Part shown: positions 39,195-52,249 of the stretch, piece after piece | How the letters are laid out: each line of letters begins with the position of its first letter | How positions within the stretch are numbered: the stretch's first letter is position 1 | Assembly (NCBI GenBank): GCA_964247055.1 | Contig: OZ176057.1 | Span: 6,262,001-6,326,000 of the forward strand | DNA: 64,000 nucleotides | Source of the DNA: Paragordius varius | Taxonomy: Eukaryota; Animalia; Nematomorpha | Reading direction: 5' to 3' | The notes under the pieces: model-generated | Told to the model about the DNA's origin: nothing | Seen by the model: only the letters and a program-made list of their open reading frames with translations | Databases searched by the model: none | Program-made: the position numbers and the translations under genes

Positions 39195-42100
39195 TCAATA
39201 AATAGTGTTGGGCCTTAGAGGTGCATTTGAGTAATCAGAATCTGGAAAGCGTTCAGAATATCTTTGTGGTCTCAAATATTTCACAGAAACCAAATTTCCT
39301 GCATAAAATATATTATTAATGTTATAAAAACCCTGTTGCATAAAATATAAACCTTTATTTTTATATCGAAAAATATATGTATCTATCTTTTGTGCGCAAG
39401 AAATATAAATCCACAATAAATAGGAGCTTAAAATTTTTTTATAATATATATATGCAATGAAAAAAATGTAATTTTGATAATTTTTAACCTGCAAACCACC
39501 AACCATGTAAAGCTCTGTACGCTTCACCAGCCATTTTACAAGTTTGACATTTCAAGTAAACGCAACCCTAAAGGGATAAAACTGCTTAATAATCAAATTT
39601 ATTATTATATTATTTTGATATATTAATATTCAAGTAAATATATGTAATAAATATGGGCTAATACATTAACTATTAAAAATAAAAATTTGTCAAATCTTAA
39701 TTGAAAATAAATAAGCAAAAATAACCAATTTTGTTTATTATATAGGATATTGTTAATGTTTTAAAACAAAAAAGCAGCATACTTCAGGACTTTGATGATC
39801 AATTACCATATGAACAATTTCAACAGCTGGTCCACATTTGAGTAAGATGGCATTTTTGATTTTTTCAGGCCAATCGTTACCCATTTCCCTGTTACAACAA
39901 TAATAATTTTAAAAAAAATATTTGATAAAATTTATATTTAATATAAGAATATAGTTATTTTTGAATAAAAATATAAGGATTAATAACAGTTAATTTAACA
40001 ACATGCCCAGTAGTTTTTGCTTCAAACTTTATTTTTAATCATTTATGCCATACAATACTTGATAATGATTATATCCTTAATACAAACCCAAAAAAGTTAA
40101 GTTTAAAAAATTACAAATCTTTTTTTTAATTAAGTTTTTTCAAGCCAAACTTAGATATTAGAAAGGCGATTAAAGAAAGAAACTAATTACAAATGTCGAT
40201 TATTAAACATATTCCGTATTTTGAGACATGGGGTAAGGCCCTGAGCTCCAATTTGATTGAGAGTATCGAAAGCTGGTCCTTGCCACAAACAAGAATTCTT
40301 GTTTGAGAAATTATTTTCATTTTTCGGATGATTGTTGGTATTTAGAAAATTATTGTCTTTTTCAGGCAAGAGTCCTTCAATATTATTTTGCTAAAAATAT
40401 ATGAAAAAAAATTTGAGTAAACTATTTGTATGTATATTGGAATATAGCTCTAAATATTTATATTTTTTGCATATACTTGACTTTAGAGAATCATTTAATC
40501 ACTTAAAAAAGGTTTGTGCCAAAATATATATTTATATATATGACTATTTTGCTAGTTTTTTACAATTATTTCATATTTTACGATATTTGGCAACCAATTT
40601 CATCCGGATTTTGGGATAAAAGAAGCATATTAATATATTAAAGAGTTTTGATGAAAAAAACAGAAAATAAATTCAATTATATTACCATATCCATTTACAA
40701 TTGTCATGAGAATATCACATTTTTATTTTATGTTTTAACTCAATTTATAACAATTTTTCGATTAGTTAATTAATCACATTCAAGATTAACATTACAGTAG
40801 AATATTAAATGGGCTAACTTACATCAAAAGTTGTTTGAAAGAAAGCAGCTAAAATAGAAAAGAGCATATCATTGAACAAAAAGGTAAAAAAGTCAAAAAT
40901 TAATACATAATAATTTATGTTGGATTCTCTTATTTATGCCAATAAAATATCTTTTTTTATAATATTTTTTAAAATGGTAAAATCTTTCATAACCGATTAA
41001 AAATAAGGTTAAAAGGTTGACAATTTTTCCAAAAAGTTTTAAATTGGTAATATTTGATAACCGGTATATATAACGCGTAGTCATGTTTTCTGATTAAAAA
41101 AAGTAAATGATAAATATTAAGCTTAAAAAGAAAATCAAACTATTTCATATCTTGATTGTTCTCAGCTTTCTATTTAACTACATAATTATATTATTATATG
41201 ATTGTGTGTACAATTCTTTATTCCCCATTTTGTAACCCAAAATAATTATCAATATTTTTTTTTAAAAATATGTTATCAATATTTTCATAAAAGATAATTA
41301 ATTTTATACGTTTTGTCCTTATTATAATTGTAATTTTACCTTTCTATAACCATTTTTTGACGAGAAAAAAGATAATAATTTTTTTTGGAAAATAAAAGAA
41401 CAAACTTTGAAAGTTGTTTTTGGGGTGTTTGAATTCTGTTGTCGGGTAGTGGTAACCGATGGCAACCAGCGCCAAACATCAAAAGGTTCGCCCGAAATCG
41501 TTTGCGTTTCAAGTCGTAAACGACTTTCATGTTGATTTATTTGATCACAAACACATTCCCATAGCTTTGATTGAGCTTTTCTGAAGGAAAAATATTCGAA
41601 ATTTAAAAAGATAAAATATTTATATATTTTTTTGTAAAGAAATCCATAATTTGTAATATACGTGAAGAAAAATTAAAAAATGATGAATTATATCAGATTC
41701 AATTGTAATCTTTTGTAGGTTATATAGAATAATACTTTATTGCAAAATTCAAGTTAATATGCAAATACTAATCTGTGAAAAGGAAATCCCAAATTTATTA
41801 AAATAAAAAAAATAAAACATAAAAAAATAATAACAAAAAATATTGCGATATCACCTGTTCAAATTTGGATTTTAGGCAGCCAAAAAATATTAAAAATCAA
41901 GTAAAATAAAAACAATAATATAATAAAAATTTATTTTATTTTTTTAATTTACACCACATTCTAGTAATTTAAAAAAGAAACCTATTTTGAGGTGATATAA
42001 GCATATCTTTAACATGAGCCAACGCAACATACCCATAAGGGTAATTTATAGGATCTGCCCTATGCATTCTATCATTTTCTTCAACAAATTCTAATGTTCG

Positions 42101-45100
42101 AAAATATAAAAATAATTTTAAGGAGAAAATTTTAAATGAAAATACAGTAAAAAGTAAAGATTATACGGTGGACAAAATGTAAAAATAAAAAGACAAATAA
42201 ATATTTTTTTCAAAAGACAACCCCATACTATTTAAATATTGAGCTTATTTCAATATAACTGTTTGAAAATGTAAAAATAATTTTAAGGAGAAAATTTTAA
42301 ATGAAAATACAGTAAAAAGTGAAATTATACGGGGAAAATGTAAAATAAATAGAATTTTTAAAAGACAACCTATTTTTTTTTAAATTTAAATCTACCCATA
42401 TAAATGATTTTTTTACAATTAAATTATATGATTAATTGTGTTACCAATATACATCTCTATTCCACACTTTGAAATTTTTAACAATTATTTAAATATAATA
42501 AATTGGTCTTTTTTTACGTGTCCGTATAATTTCCGTTTTTATGGATATTTATATGGCGCATAGTTTAATATTTTTTCAGTATTATTTTATTTTAAAACAA
42601 AAAATTAGTTTTTAAAAATAATATACATTGAAATATAGATAATTTTTAATCTTGTAAAACATATAATTTTATTTGAGGGTAAATTTTGAATTGTTTAAGA
42701 GTAAATTTGAATTGTAAATGGCAGATAATAAAACTTTATTTTATAGAAAATATAAATTAAATTAATATATACCAATAACTTTATGTAGCATTTCGTAAAT
42801 TAGTTCTTGATTTTTGCGCCGTTTTTGAAGGAATGCGAAAAATCCATAACCCAAACTGCCCAAAAGAGTTAAAGCTATAAAATATAAATAAAATATTAAC
42901 TAAAAAATTCATTGTTAGTTATAAAAATGGTTATGAAATCTTTATAAATTAACACAATAGTATATGGTAAATTTTAAAGTTTTTAAATAAATTTTGAATT
43001 CAAAATCAATCAAATTTTTTTAAATCCAAAAGATGCGCATTCATCTATATCCATATTATATTATATAAATTATATAAATGTAATTTTTGTTTAATGTTTT
43101 AAATACTCTATTTTTCCCATTTTTAAGGCTAATAAGTTAGTTTAATCATCCATAATTTTACGCACACTAAACTATATATTTGCAAATATTTCTTTAAAGA
43201 AAATAAAAAAAATTTTAAATAAAGAAATTTGTAAATAAAAAATAAATTAATTACCCAATAAAATGGTCAAAAATTTGCCAAATATAATGGCAAAAATCTT
43301 TGCTATTTTACACCAAAGAGGTGTTTTAGGTTTCAAACATTTTAACCAATACACTTCATGCGGACTGCTTACTGCCATACCAAATTTATCTGAGAGTCTA
43401 AAAATATATCAATATACCATTAACAAAGTGCAAATTCAATCTTGAAATAAATTATGAGTTTTTATGATTAAAAATCACCTAATTTTTTATATATTTTTAA
43501 AAAATGATATTAAAAACAAATAAACTATGCCTCAAAGATATATTTCACGTAATAGAATTATATTACTGCCCAAAACAAAAAAATTATTTTTAAAGGTAAA
43601 TTTGAATTGTTCAAGGGTGAATTTGAACGGTAAATAATTCTCAATTTTTAATATTGTTCATCATTAATTGTAAATTATTTCATTAGTAAAATATTCTCTA
43701 AAAATTAAATATTTTTTTTAAATTTAAAATTAATTTTTTATACAATATACGTTAAATTAAAAAATAAAATGATATTTTTCATACTCAATTCCCCAATGTG
43801 GATTATTGTGAAACATTGCTAGAACAGCCAATAAATAATCATTCAATTCTTGATGAGACGTTTTAGCCTTAAATATATTTGATAAAAAAAAGTTAACAAA
43901 TATAAAAATTTATTTTAATTTTTTCACTAAAATTAATTTTTAAAATACAGTAAAAACTGAAATTATAAGGACAAAACGTAAAATTATAAAGGCAAATATT
44001 TTTTTGAATAATTAAATTTTTCCTTTAAAACTATGTATCTATGATTATATAATAGTGTCTTATATATATCAATATTACATAATTTAATATACAAAATAAT
44101 GAGTTTTATTCAAAAAAAAATCAAGATTAAGTATGGGGTTGTCTTTTGAAAAAACATATTTGTCGTTATAGGTTTTATCCATGTAATTTCAATTTTACTC
44201 AATTTTTACGAATTAATTAATTTAAAAGATATATTAAAAATAAAATTTATCTGAAATAATAGAAAAAATTATTTTAATAATCGATATTATTGGCTTTTAA
44301 ATATAGATGGAATAAAAATTGTTTAAATAAGTAATTTATTACATAAAAAAATTTAAATAATCATTATTAAAAAAATAAATTACATATCGTGATTTTAATT
44401 GCAAAATGATATCGTCAGTTGACATATTCCCAGACATTGAATCTGCACTTTTAAACATTGAACAGGCGTCTTTTCCTTATAATAAAAATATCAAAATCAA
44501 TATTTTAACTTTTTTTAAGCGACCGGTCAAAACCGTATGCATTCGTTTTTTTATACATAAAGCGTTTAAAAAACTAATTTTTAAAAATAAATAAAAATAT
44601 ATACCAGCTTTGTTTGATAAAATAGTATATATAAGGCGAGCAAGCTTGGGTATAACTAAATGGTTTTGTTCTTGTAAACATTTCTATATCCAAAAAAATA
44701 TATTATTTTAAATTAATGAAATGATTTTAATAAAAATGTTTTGATTATAATATATTATACCGTATCCTCCGTCTGACATTGTATGTTTGTTATTTGACCT
44801 AAAAAATTGTATATTATAGATATTAAATAATCCTAAATAAGTATTTATAATTTGATTGTTGCAAAATTCTCGACAAACTACAGTAAAAGTTTTTATAATA
44901 ATTTTGGAATTAAATTATGATATGTGTAAAAAAACTTTTGAAATCTTTTTGCGTCGGTGATTTGGTCCATGATGATTGTGAGTGTGAAATATATTTTTTG
45001 GGGCCTTTAAATTCATTCTTTGTAAAAGCCACAATAAGGAGATAAATTAAGGCTAATGTAAACAGGGCAGTGAGTAATTTCTGAAGAACCGATGGAGTTA

Positions 45101-46088
45101 AAACGATGAAGGAATCGAAAAGCTTTTGTGCAATTGATTTTAGATTGGTGAAAATGTTTGAATTTAAATAATAATTCTGATTATTTCTTCGAGATTTCAG
45201 CTGCCGATTTGAAAAGGAGTAATTATAAGGATCGTTTGGTGTTTTTCTCGTCTGCTTAAAAGATTTATTTCTAATGCCCTCCGGCGTATTGTAATATGAA
45301 TCATCAATATATTCAATTCCATCCTCGTTTTCATAATCGTGTTGGTCTTTTCTAGTACTTGATAGATTTAAACGTTCAAATTTATTTTGTTGAGTAGGAC
45401 TTTGCCTTCTGTAAACACCAGATGATCTATATTTTGGATTTCGGTTCAAATATTCAGAAACATGGTTATAATCCTCATCTTCATTCTCTATTATATTATT
45501 GGTATTTCGTGGAAAATTTGTATCGGAAATATTTTTTTGATAATTTTTTTCGGTATTATTTTTATTAGGTGTTAAACCGCTAATGGTAGAACGAGACCTT
45601 ATGAGTGGATAGGGATTCGAAGTTTCATCTTTGCTATTATCAGATGAACGGCCTATAGTGTTGTGTGGCATTTCCTCTGTCCTGTAATTACTGTTTAATC
45701 TACTAATGTTTAAAAGTTTTTCAGATTTGTTTTTTATAACTTTGTCATTTTTTGGCAAGGGTGTTGGTGGAGAAACGATCGTTTTGGGTTTAGTTTTTGG
45801 CTCAGAATTTTTTTCTAAAGAAAAATTATGGTTTTCATCAATAAGAAGTTTTTTGGTTGATCTAGTTATTCTTGTTTTGACTTGATGCGAATCAACGATA
45901 TTTTCATCACCATATTCATTTATCGGTTGATCAGATAATTGTTCTAAAACGCGTTTAAGTTTTTTCTGGTATAAATTTCGAGTTGTTTGAGTGATAGGTC
46001 CCACATTTTCTCCCAACTCCTTTAGTTTCTTTCTTAATTCCTCGTCCGTTAAACTTTCAATGTTAATTTGATGCGAAGCAGATACCAT
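39195..46088 (-). CDS. LEMD3: Inner nuclear membrane protein MAN1 (LEM + 2 TM + MSC + UHM/RRM), multi-exon
   Basis: LEM domain LTDEELRKKLKELGENVGPITQTTRNLYQKKL; TM segments; MSC motifs HVKDMLI and LWECV..ESRLRLETQTISGEPFDVWRWL (41420-41570); C-terminal WQGPAF..LTPCLKIRNMF, GCVYLKC..GEAYRALHGWWF, LVSVKYLR..RY..RFP. All match the MAN1 architecture. Some middle exon boundaries are unresolved. Confidence 0.93.
42144..42541. mobile_element. MITE copy with a duplicated left end (~165-bp local tandem duplication), in a LEMD3 intron
   Basis: aattttaaggagaaaattttaaatgaaaatacagtaaaaagt occurs at ~42115 and ~42280; right TIR near 42505-42541. Confidence 0.6.
43948..44199. mobile_element. MITE copy in a LEMD3 intron
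   Basis: TA|CAGTAAAAACTGAAATTATAAGGACAAAACGTAAA ... GTATGGGGTTGTCTTTTG...TAATTTCAATTTTACT. Confidence 0.75.
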
Positions 46089-46146
46089 AATGTTCAGTGA
46101 ATGAATGATTTGGCGCACCTCAAAAATTATTTTGGTTTGGATTTGA
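46089..46146. promoter_or_regulatory. 58-nt head-to-head interval between LEMD3 and PGGT1B start codons (putative bidirectional promoter)
   Basis: ATG of LEMD3 at 46088 (-) and ATG of PGGT1B at 46147 (+). Regulatory function is inferred from position only. Confidence 0.55.
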
Positions 46147-49100
46147 ATGAGTTTAATAAAAGTAATCTCAAATGACAATCTCTACACCGATAAGCTTGTT
46201 AAATTTGTTTTATTTTGCCTTGATAGTTTACCTTTTGATGTCGTTTATGTAGAAAGTAGCAAGTTTTTTTACCTTATTCCTTAGATTAACCATACTCTTT
46301 TTCTGTTTGGGTTCTTTAGCCATCGTAGATAAATTGAATGTTTTGAAAAACCCGAAAAATTATTTCGATTGGATTAAAGGCTTGTACATCTCTTCTCCAC
46401 ATCAAACTGGATTTGCCAGTTCATATCTTTTTACCGATAATTGCGATTCAAACACTCAACCATTATATAATTATACTCATTTAACTATGACTCTTAGTGC
46501 AATATTATCGCTAAAAATCTTGGCGTCTGCCTTTAAAGATCTCAAAAATGATATTGAAACATTTTTAGATTCCATAAAACTTCCAATATTCAATGGTTTA
46601 AAATCGTACGCTCATCCAGATGGCAGGTATAATGTTTTATAAATTTTAATTATATTGCTAACTTTTCTGGATTTTATATAAAAACTTAAAAAAAATAATA
46701 TATCACGCAAAAACTATATGTTTAAAATGCTTCTTTAACGGTTAAGCTAAATCTATCCTTATTACATATCCAGATTAATATATTGCTTTCTAAACTTTAT
46801 TACTTTTTTTCGTAATTGCATTTTGAGGCAGTTATATTCTAGAGCTTAATTTGCCAATATTAACTACTAATTTCAAGGCTGTTTTGGTTAAAATTTAATC
46901 ATAGAACGTATTATAAAAAAAATCAAATTTTTTACTAACCTCTAGTCTTCTGAATTCAAATAGTTCCAGACAGGACTAGCTGATAATAAAATCAATAAAT
47001 ATCAAAAATTTGATGGTATATTGTCATTTAAAAGCTTTTTTAAAGTTAATTATATATAACCATAATATACAATAAATAGTCTTGTTATATTAGCGATATA
47101 TAAATTATTAAAAAAATGAGGCGAAACAGTTTGATGAAGATATTTAACCTTTTTTTAAAAAAATTACTTTTGTATCATGAGCTAAAAAGCTAAATATATC
47201 ATCAATTTGGCATAAGTTAAATATTTTCAAGATATTCATATTTGTCTGTTATAAAAAAATTATGTCTAGTTTTAAAGTTTGTCTGGATAATTACATATTT
47301 TACTGTAAAACTATTCTTAAAGGTTATAAAGTGTTTAATGGTTATATTTTACTTTGTTAAAAATATTTAACATTAGTATTTATTTTTTTCAAGTTTTGGC
47401 CCCATTGTGGTGGAGAGTGAGCGAGATGTCAGATTTATATATTGTGCTTCTGCAATATGTGCCATCTATGACGATTTCACGCATATTGATTCTCAAAAAT
47501 GTATACATTTTATTATGCAATGCTTGGTATATAAATTTATTATATTTAGTTTAAATTATTATATATAAATATTTTAGAGTTTATTTGCTTTCATTTTTAG
47601 GGATGTTTTAAAACTTTATAAAGAATTCTAAAGAAAAATCACTTTTTAATTGGTTTTTAATTTTAGACTATGACCTGAATAATATAGGTGTATTATAAAC
47701 ATCATATTCTAATATTAATAATTGACAGGTTTTTAAAATAAAACAAGGGCTTATTTATTTTATAAATATTGAAAATTGTTTTTCAATTATGTGTATATAT
47801 TGTGCTATATTTTTTTAATAATAATTGGGGAAATATTATTTTTATATTTGTAGACATATGAAGGGGCCTTTGGACAGGTCCCTAACGCTGAAGCACATGG
47901 TATTTAAAAAAATTAATACTTTTAATATTATTAACTTTATAAGCTTACTCTAAATAATATTTAAAAATTATTAAATAAAAAAACTTATATAAAATATATT
48001 TTTTCATCCATATATCTTTTTTAACTTGAATTTTTAAAAAACATTTATAAGTTGCCAAATATGGTAAAATGCTCATAAAATTTTCATATTTTTTAAAAAA
48101 TTTTCATAAAAAAATACTTTCTCTTTTATCATTTGTGTCAGTTTAGTATAAAATTACTATATATATCTTTTGAAATTCAAATTTATTTACCATTGAACAA
48201 TGCAAATCACCCTAAAATAATTTTTGTGTTTTTGGGCAGCTAATATAACTCATTATTATTATAAAATATGTTCTTTTGACATAGTTTATTATTTTTTAGT
48301 ATTATATTAATTTTAAACGTAATTTATTTTGTAAAAGTATATAAAATATAAGTAATTTTTTTAAAAAAACACATGATTTATTTTAGGGTATAATTAAAGT
48401 TTAAGGTTGAATTTAAATTGTTTTAGGGTTATTTAAAGTTTAAGGGTGCTTTTGAACTAAATGGTATATATTACTATTTTTAGGTGGTTCTACATTCTGT
48501 GCCATAGCCAGTTTATATTTATTGCTTCAAAATAATAAAACATCCTTAAAAGTTTCTCAAAACAACTTTGCTTTTATTCAAAACTTTGCGGAACGGTATA
48601 GAAATATAGTGAGATGGTGTTTCATGAGAGCTAATTATTGTAATGGTTTTACGTTTTTGCTTTTTAAATTGTAAATTTTTTGAAAAAAATTAAAAAAAAA
48701 CAATAATATTAAATTGTCTTGAAAAATTCAAATAAAATATTTTATTTTTTTTATATATTGGAATGATATATTTTTATAAACTATTTTTTAGACATATTTG
48801 AAGGATTTAACAATTTATATTAAATTTTATTAAAATGAATTTTTGCTAAAGAAAATTCTTATTAAATTGTTTAGTAAAAATTGAAATTATACGGACAAAA
48901 CGTAAAAATATAAAGACAAATATTTTTTTCTAAAAGACAACCCCATATTTAATATAATGTTTTTCATACAAGCTATAGTTACACTTATAAAATAGAGAAT
49001 TGTGTTAGTCTTATATATTTCTCGCTTTACCAATTAAAACAACGAATTATATTGATATAATTCTAGATTTAAAAAAATGGTTGTCTTTGAAAAAAATATT

Positions 49101-51130
49101 TGCCTCTATATTTTTAAGTTTTTTCCGTAATTACAGTTTTTACTGTAAAATTATTTTAAAAATAATGGCGTTACTGAATTTTTGGTTAAATTTTTATAAA
49201 AATTTGAATTTTGTTAACAAAAATTTATATGGTATTTTTTTATTTTAGATCAAAATTCGAAAGACCCTACGAGCTATATTGGGTTTAATGGACGCCCTAA
49301 CAAAGATACTGATAGCTGTTATACTTTTTGGATTGGTGCCACTTTAAATGTAACTATTTCAATATATAGTAAAAATTGAACAAAAATAAAAATATAAAGA
49401 CAAATATTTTTCAAAAAGACAACCTCATACCTTTTAAATTTTGATTTTTTGAATTAAAACTCATTGTTTATCTCTTCAAGTATAAAATAGTGATATAAAT
49501 TACTAACGCCATCAATTATGTATTTTATGATTGTAATTAAATGATTTTTTAGGGTATGGATGTCTCTTGATAAAAAATATCCGTATTATTTCAATTTTTA
49601 CTTTGCTATATTTTGGTTATTTCAGTAAAAATTGAAATTAAAAAAATAAAAATAATTATTTTTTCCTATAAAATTTTATATACAAAATTAATATTATGCG
49701 GACAAAACCTAATAACTAGAGATAAATATTTTTTTAAAAACACTTTTTTGAACCGCAAAGTAGAATGGAGTTTTATATTGGTAACACAATTGAATATATT
49801 TTACAATAATTATTGATATAGTGTTATATTTTAAAATTAATATTTGTCTTTATGATTTTACGTTCCGTATAATTTCAATTTTCCCTGTAATTGTGATGAT
49901 ATATTTGCATCGATTTTACGAATATTGGTAAATTAAGATTTCATATGTCTTTTTATAATATAGCAGTTTTAAGCGTTTTGTTTTCACCTCATATTACAGT
50001 ATAAACGGAAATTATACTGACAACACGTAAAAATATAAAGACAAATATATTTTCTAAAAGATAACCCCATACTTTTTAAGTCTTGATTTATTTTTTAACT
50101 CATTGTTTTAAATGGCAAAGTGTGAAATAGAGATATATAATATCTACACAATCAATTTATATTATACAATAGTAACTAAGTAGCTTATAGGGAAGCATTT
50201 AGGTATTAGAAAGTATGGCTGTCTTTTGATAATAATATTTGTCTTTATTTTCACGTTTTGTCCGTATAATTTTAATTTTTACTCTAATTTTTGCTAATAT
50301 ATTTTATAGATACTGTCCAAAATGTCACCTAATACTGCTTTGTCTCCAATGTTAATTCAACACAAAAAATTGTTATTCGAAACTTTCATAGAAAATAAAG
50401 GGCCTTATATCACTCATTATTTATTGGATTTGATGCAAGATACAATACGGGGTGGTTTTAAAAAGGATATGGATATTGAGAATCCTGGTTTTATAATTTA
50501 TAAATATTTTTGCCTATTATATTGAAATTTGAAATTCTTTTTACTAATTTACATTTTAAAACCTTAAGTTTTCCTACACAAATTATAATTTTATAGATTT
50601 TGTTCCATATATATCTCTATTTTATACTTAAAAAAATCAAAAAATACTCATTTTTGAATAATTTTTTATGTCTTATCGTTTTGTCAGTTTGTTTCAATTT
50701 TTACTAAAAAGTTCGAAGTTAAAACGCAACGAAACTCAGTTTTTTAAGTTGATTATTTAAAATGAAACGGATGAAGCAATAAAATATGGTTATCTTTTTT
50801 ATGAGAGTTTTTTGTTTTGATTTTAAATAATTTAGAAGACTTAATTCCAAAATATGGTTTTTTACTGTTGATTGTCTTTATTTATCGCAGTAGTCCAATT
50901 AAAATTGTTGATTTTTTACTTTTTTTGAATGGTTTTGATATAATCGCACTCTAAGTATTGCATTTGATGTATTTTATATCAATTTTATTTGTATAGATCC
51001 TCTCCATACATACTTGAGTTTGTGTGCTTTATCTTTAATAAGTCAAACAACAAATGTTACTTCTGATGGCGATAAAAATTTTACCATATTGAAAAAACGG
51101 ATTGATTCAGCTTTAATCATGCCTTTGTGA
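46147..51130 (+). CDS. PGGT1B: Geranylgeranyl transferase type-1 subunit beta (8 exons: 46147-46262, 46285-46626, 47394-47526, 47854-47899, 48484-~48645, ~49250-49348, ~50310-50488, 50997-51130)
   Basis: KLVKFVLFCL..ESSK|LTILFF, THLTMT, DGSF..ESERDVRFIYCA, AEAHGGSTFCAIASL, GFNGRPNKDTDSCYTFWIGATL, GGF.K, DPLHTYL. Zinc-ligand D, C and H are retained, and all splice phases are consistent. Confidence 0.93.
48872..50284. mobile_element. Cluster of four MITE copies in PGGT1B introns (48872-49145, 49367-49603, 49623-49887, 49997-50284)
   Basis: Each has CAGTAAAAA/TTATACGGACAAAACG-type and AAAGACAAATATTT left ends with reverse-complement right ends. TA flanks are visible at 49146, 49888, 49995 and 50285. 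Confidence 0.75.
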
Positions 51131-51493
51131 TATTATTAATTAATGCAGCATTTTGTATTCTCTAAATAAATTATTTCATAATTTTTTATTATACATACAG
51201 GTAATATTGAAATTATAAAAACATTTTATAACAGTTAAAAGACTACGATTGTCTTTTAAATGAAAACCATATTAGTCTTTTGAATTGAGAGATGTTTTAT
51301 GCTATGATTGCAGGATCACTATATTTCGCTCTACAACCTTAAAAAATAAAATATATTTTTGGACGGTAAAAATTCTTCGCTATAATTATGCCAAACATAT
51401 CTTGCTTGATTACTAATTAATTTAATTGCGATTTCACTCAAACTTCAGCGTATTTGGCAAAAATATAAGAAAAAAGTGTTTATTTAATCTAAT

Positions 51494-51866
51494 ATGGATA
51501 TGGTCGACTTTGGTATTTCCTGCTTCCGTTCAATCAATTTTACTTCAGACATCGTCGGAACGCCATTTTACATGGCCTACGACATGCTCTGTCGAGACAC
51601 CTATGATTAAAAAGTGGACATTTTGTCCTTTCGGATAATAATAATCAAATTAGTTGTAGGAAACCCTCCATACGGCATAAATTGGAGTTTAGAAATTAGA
51701 TTTATCTTTAAATACCACCTTCATTTTCAGTTAGATTTCACATAAAATTATCAAAACAGAGATCCCCACCCTGTCGAAATCTATTTCGAGAGCTTTCACC
51801 GATTTTATACAAAAGTGTTTGCGCAAAGAGGCCACCGATCGATGGTCGGCCAATGACTTGCTGCAG
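51494..51866 (+). pseudogene. STE20-like kinase 3' fragment, type B copy 7
   Basis: MDMVDFGISCFRSINFTSDIVGTPFYMAYDMLCRDTYD*KVDILSF..IKLVVGNPPY; second exon ISHKIIKTEIPTLSKSISRAFTDFIQKCLRKEATDRWSANDLLQ|gtat. Confidence 0.88.
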
Positions 51867-52249
51867 GTATACACATTAATATTTTCATTGAATTGCCTAT
51901 AACTTTTACGGTAAAATATATAACCAAATAATGTTTTTGGTGGCCTTTTTGGAAAACATTTAATAGATCTAGATGTATGTTTTTTGTAGAAAGATCTCCC
52001 GCGAATCCTTGAAAAACACGAATTTTGTAACTTAAACTATACACTTCCGTTGGTAGAAAAATTTAAAACATCATATGGGTATTGATTTTTGTGATCTGAA
52101 ATCGATTTGATCTGTGACGGAGTTCACTATACGCTCTCAATGAGATTGGCTCCAAAAAAGGTGCAAATAAATTATTTCTTTATAAAGTTTACCGTAAAAA
52201 TTATATAATAGGTAACCCAGTGAAAAAGAAATCAATTAATTATGTATAT

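Noticed and set aside
39195-39527. 110-aa ORF as a standalone gene
   Set aside because: It runs through an intron; only its end (from ~39300) is the last LEMD3 exon, and its start is an out-of-frame part of the previous exon.
46089-46178. LEMD3 N-terminal extension from 46178
   Set aside because: It is a TTG start from the ORF caller and overlaps the PGGT1B first exon; the first ATG is at 46088.
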